Both the position numbers and the translations under genes were made by a program. This document shows, in pieces, positions 62,610 through 64,000 of a stretch of DNA of 64,000 nt (position 1 is the first letter of the stretch; the number at the start of each line of letters is the position of its first letter). The notes beneath the pieces are model-generated. The model saw nothing but the letters and a program-made list of their open reading frames with translations. It had not been told where the DNA came from and made no database searches. The DNA is from Phoronis australis (Eukaryota; Animalia; Phoronida), in the NCBI GenBank assembly GCA_002633005.1, contig NMRA01000336.1, forward strand, positions 81,268-145,267, read 5' to 3'.

Positions 62610-64000
62610 CAGGGCCCGATCTCCAATCTCCGTACTCAGACTCGAATCATGCTCAAACTCACACTTCATTCTCAACTCGAGTACAGACTCAGCTTTGGTG
62701 TATTCAATGTCATACTCGAAAAATCTGTACTCGAAATTTCGAGCACGTACTCAGTTTTCGAGTGTACTCGAACTGAAGTGTATCTCATCTACATGTATAT
62801 TTCTAGTACGATTTTGAGTAAAAACTTGGAGTCTATGCTCAATTTTCAAGTTTGGTATGCCAGTGTGCTTGAAATCGTACTCGAAAATAAACACGAGCCA
62901 GGGAACAAAATATCGAAAGGGAACCAAGAAACACAGCAAATTTAAAAAAATAAGTCCTCTTACCGTATCTTAGCACTTCAATTTCAGTTCAGAGATAATA
63001 GTTTTCATCTGAAATCTTCTTATTCTTCACCTTATTAACCCGCCGTATCACTGTATGTTATGGCAGCCATTCTACCTCTACAATTCCTGGCAACAGGCGC
63101 ATTGTAATCCCTTGTCGGCGAGTCATAACAAGCGTCGAAAGCAGTTGTGGGAAAAGTCGTGTGAGAAGTTTGTGCTGCCTTTATTTCGGTATGTGTGCCT
63201 ACGTTTTGTAGGGTTTCCAAAAGACGAGGAGGGGAGGGAAGTTAAAAAAGTTCGCTTCCCTGTCAGGTACATTTCTAATCATAACTTAGTCATCTATAAT
63301 TCCTCAATCCCCAAATGGAATTCCAGATTTTGTTTGCCGATTTCTAAGTAGACGTCTCGTCCCGTTCACTGCCACTGGTGAACTCTGAATGCCTGCACAA
63401 GTATTGTTTTTTAACTCACGTGCCAAATGTCAACTCACTTGATACATCCCGGTAAAATACAAAGTACGGTATCGAAGTTTGACATCAGCGTAGGCCTACA
63501 CAGCAATGGGTTTTATGTCAAGACTAAATTAGCAGCAGAGATGTGATGTGATAAGCTGTTACAAATTTCTTAAGACATTTTCGGGACTGGGTGAGGAACT
63601 CAAGAAGTAAAGCTTAATAATTGCCAAATGTATCAAAGAAATGACATAAGAATATTTATTGAAACTGAAAAATGAATAACAGTTACCGAACACTCAGAAT
63701 TCCACGTTATAGACATAATCTTGTAGTTGTAGCGACAGCAGACGATAATGTAGGCCTAGTTCCTGGGGTGGTCTATTCCAATAGGGAGCGATGAATCAGC
63801 GCGTCTTTGCGTGATTTTGCATTTCACATCATAAAGAGTTCCATAGCAACTCGAGTATGAGTGTCAGATTTGAGTACGTTTGGAGTCTACTCGAAATACG
63901 ATATTAGATACGCTTTTTTGAGTACGACTCCAGTGAGCACGATTTTGAGTATGAAATCTCGAGTATGAGTATGAGTCTGAGTACGGAGATTGGAGACCGG
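62610..64000. mobile_element. Non-autonomous TIR element, copy 2 (runs to the window end)
   Basis: CAGGGCCCGATCTCCAATCTCCGTACTCAG ... CTGAGTACGGAGATTGGAGACCGG; long diverged direct homology to 26875-28207. Confidence 0.8.

Noticed and set aside
62964-63008. Mini-exon with good AG/GTAAG signals upstream of the laminin B exons
   Set aside because: Stops in all three frames.

Overview
Eukaryotic, AT-rich, repeat-dense genomic DNA, most likely from a marine invertebrate (inferred from the repeat types). It has one 325-nt assembly gap (23484-23808). The window lies inside one large minus-strand gene model that I reconstructed by hand from splice signals and translations. The model has 26 exons from 62536 down to 1393, totalling 4285 nt (about 1428 aa), all phase-compatible and stop-free; both ends lie outside the window. 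The predicted architecture is unusual: a laminin IV/B domain plus laminin-EGF modules (perlecan domain III/laminin-like), spliced to at least 12 VEGFR/PDGFR(PVR)-type Ig domains in the order D1-D2-D3-D4-D5-D6-D3-D4-D1-D2-D3-D4. No D7, transmembrane segment or kinase is visible. Exon lengths and phases show that the Ig array grew by block duplication. Introns hold decayed Penelope-like, RLE (R2/HERO-like) and RNase H-bearing non-LTR elements, a solo LTR and many TIR/foldback elements. These include two apparently identical inverted 872-bp MITEs around one exon, and a foldback with a hammerhead-like core around a tRNA-like sequence. Domain and family names come from motif recognition, not database searches.
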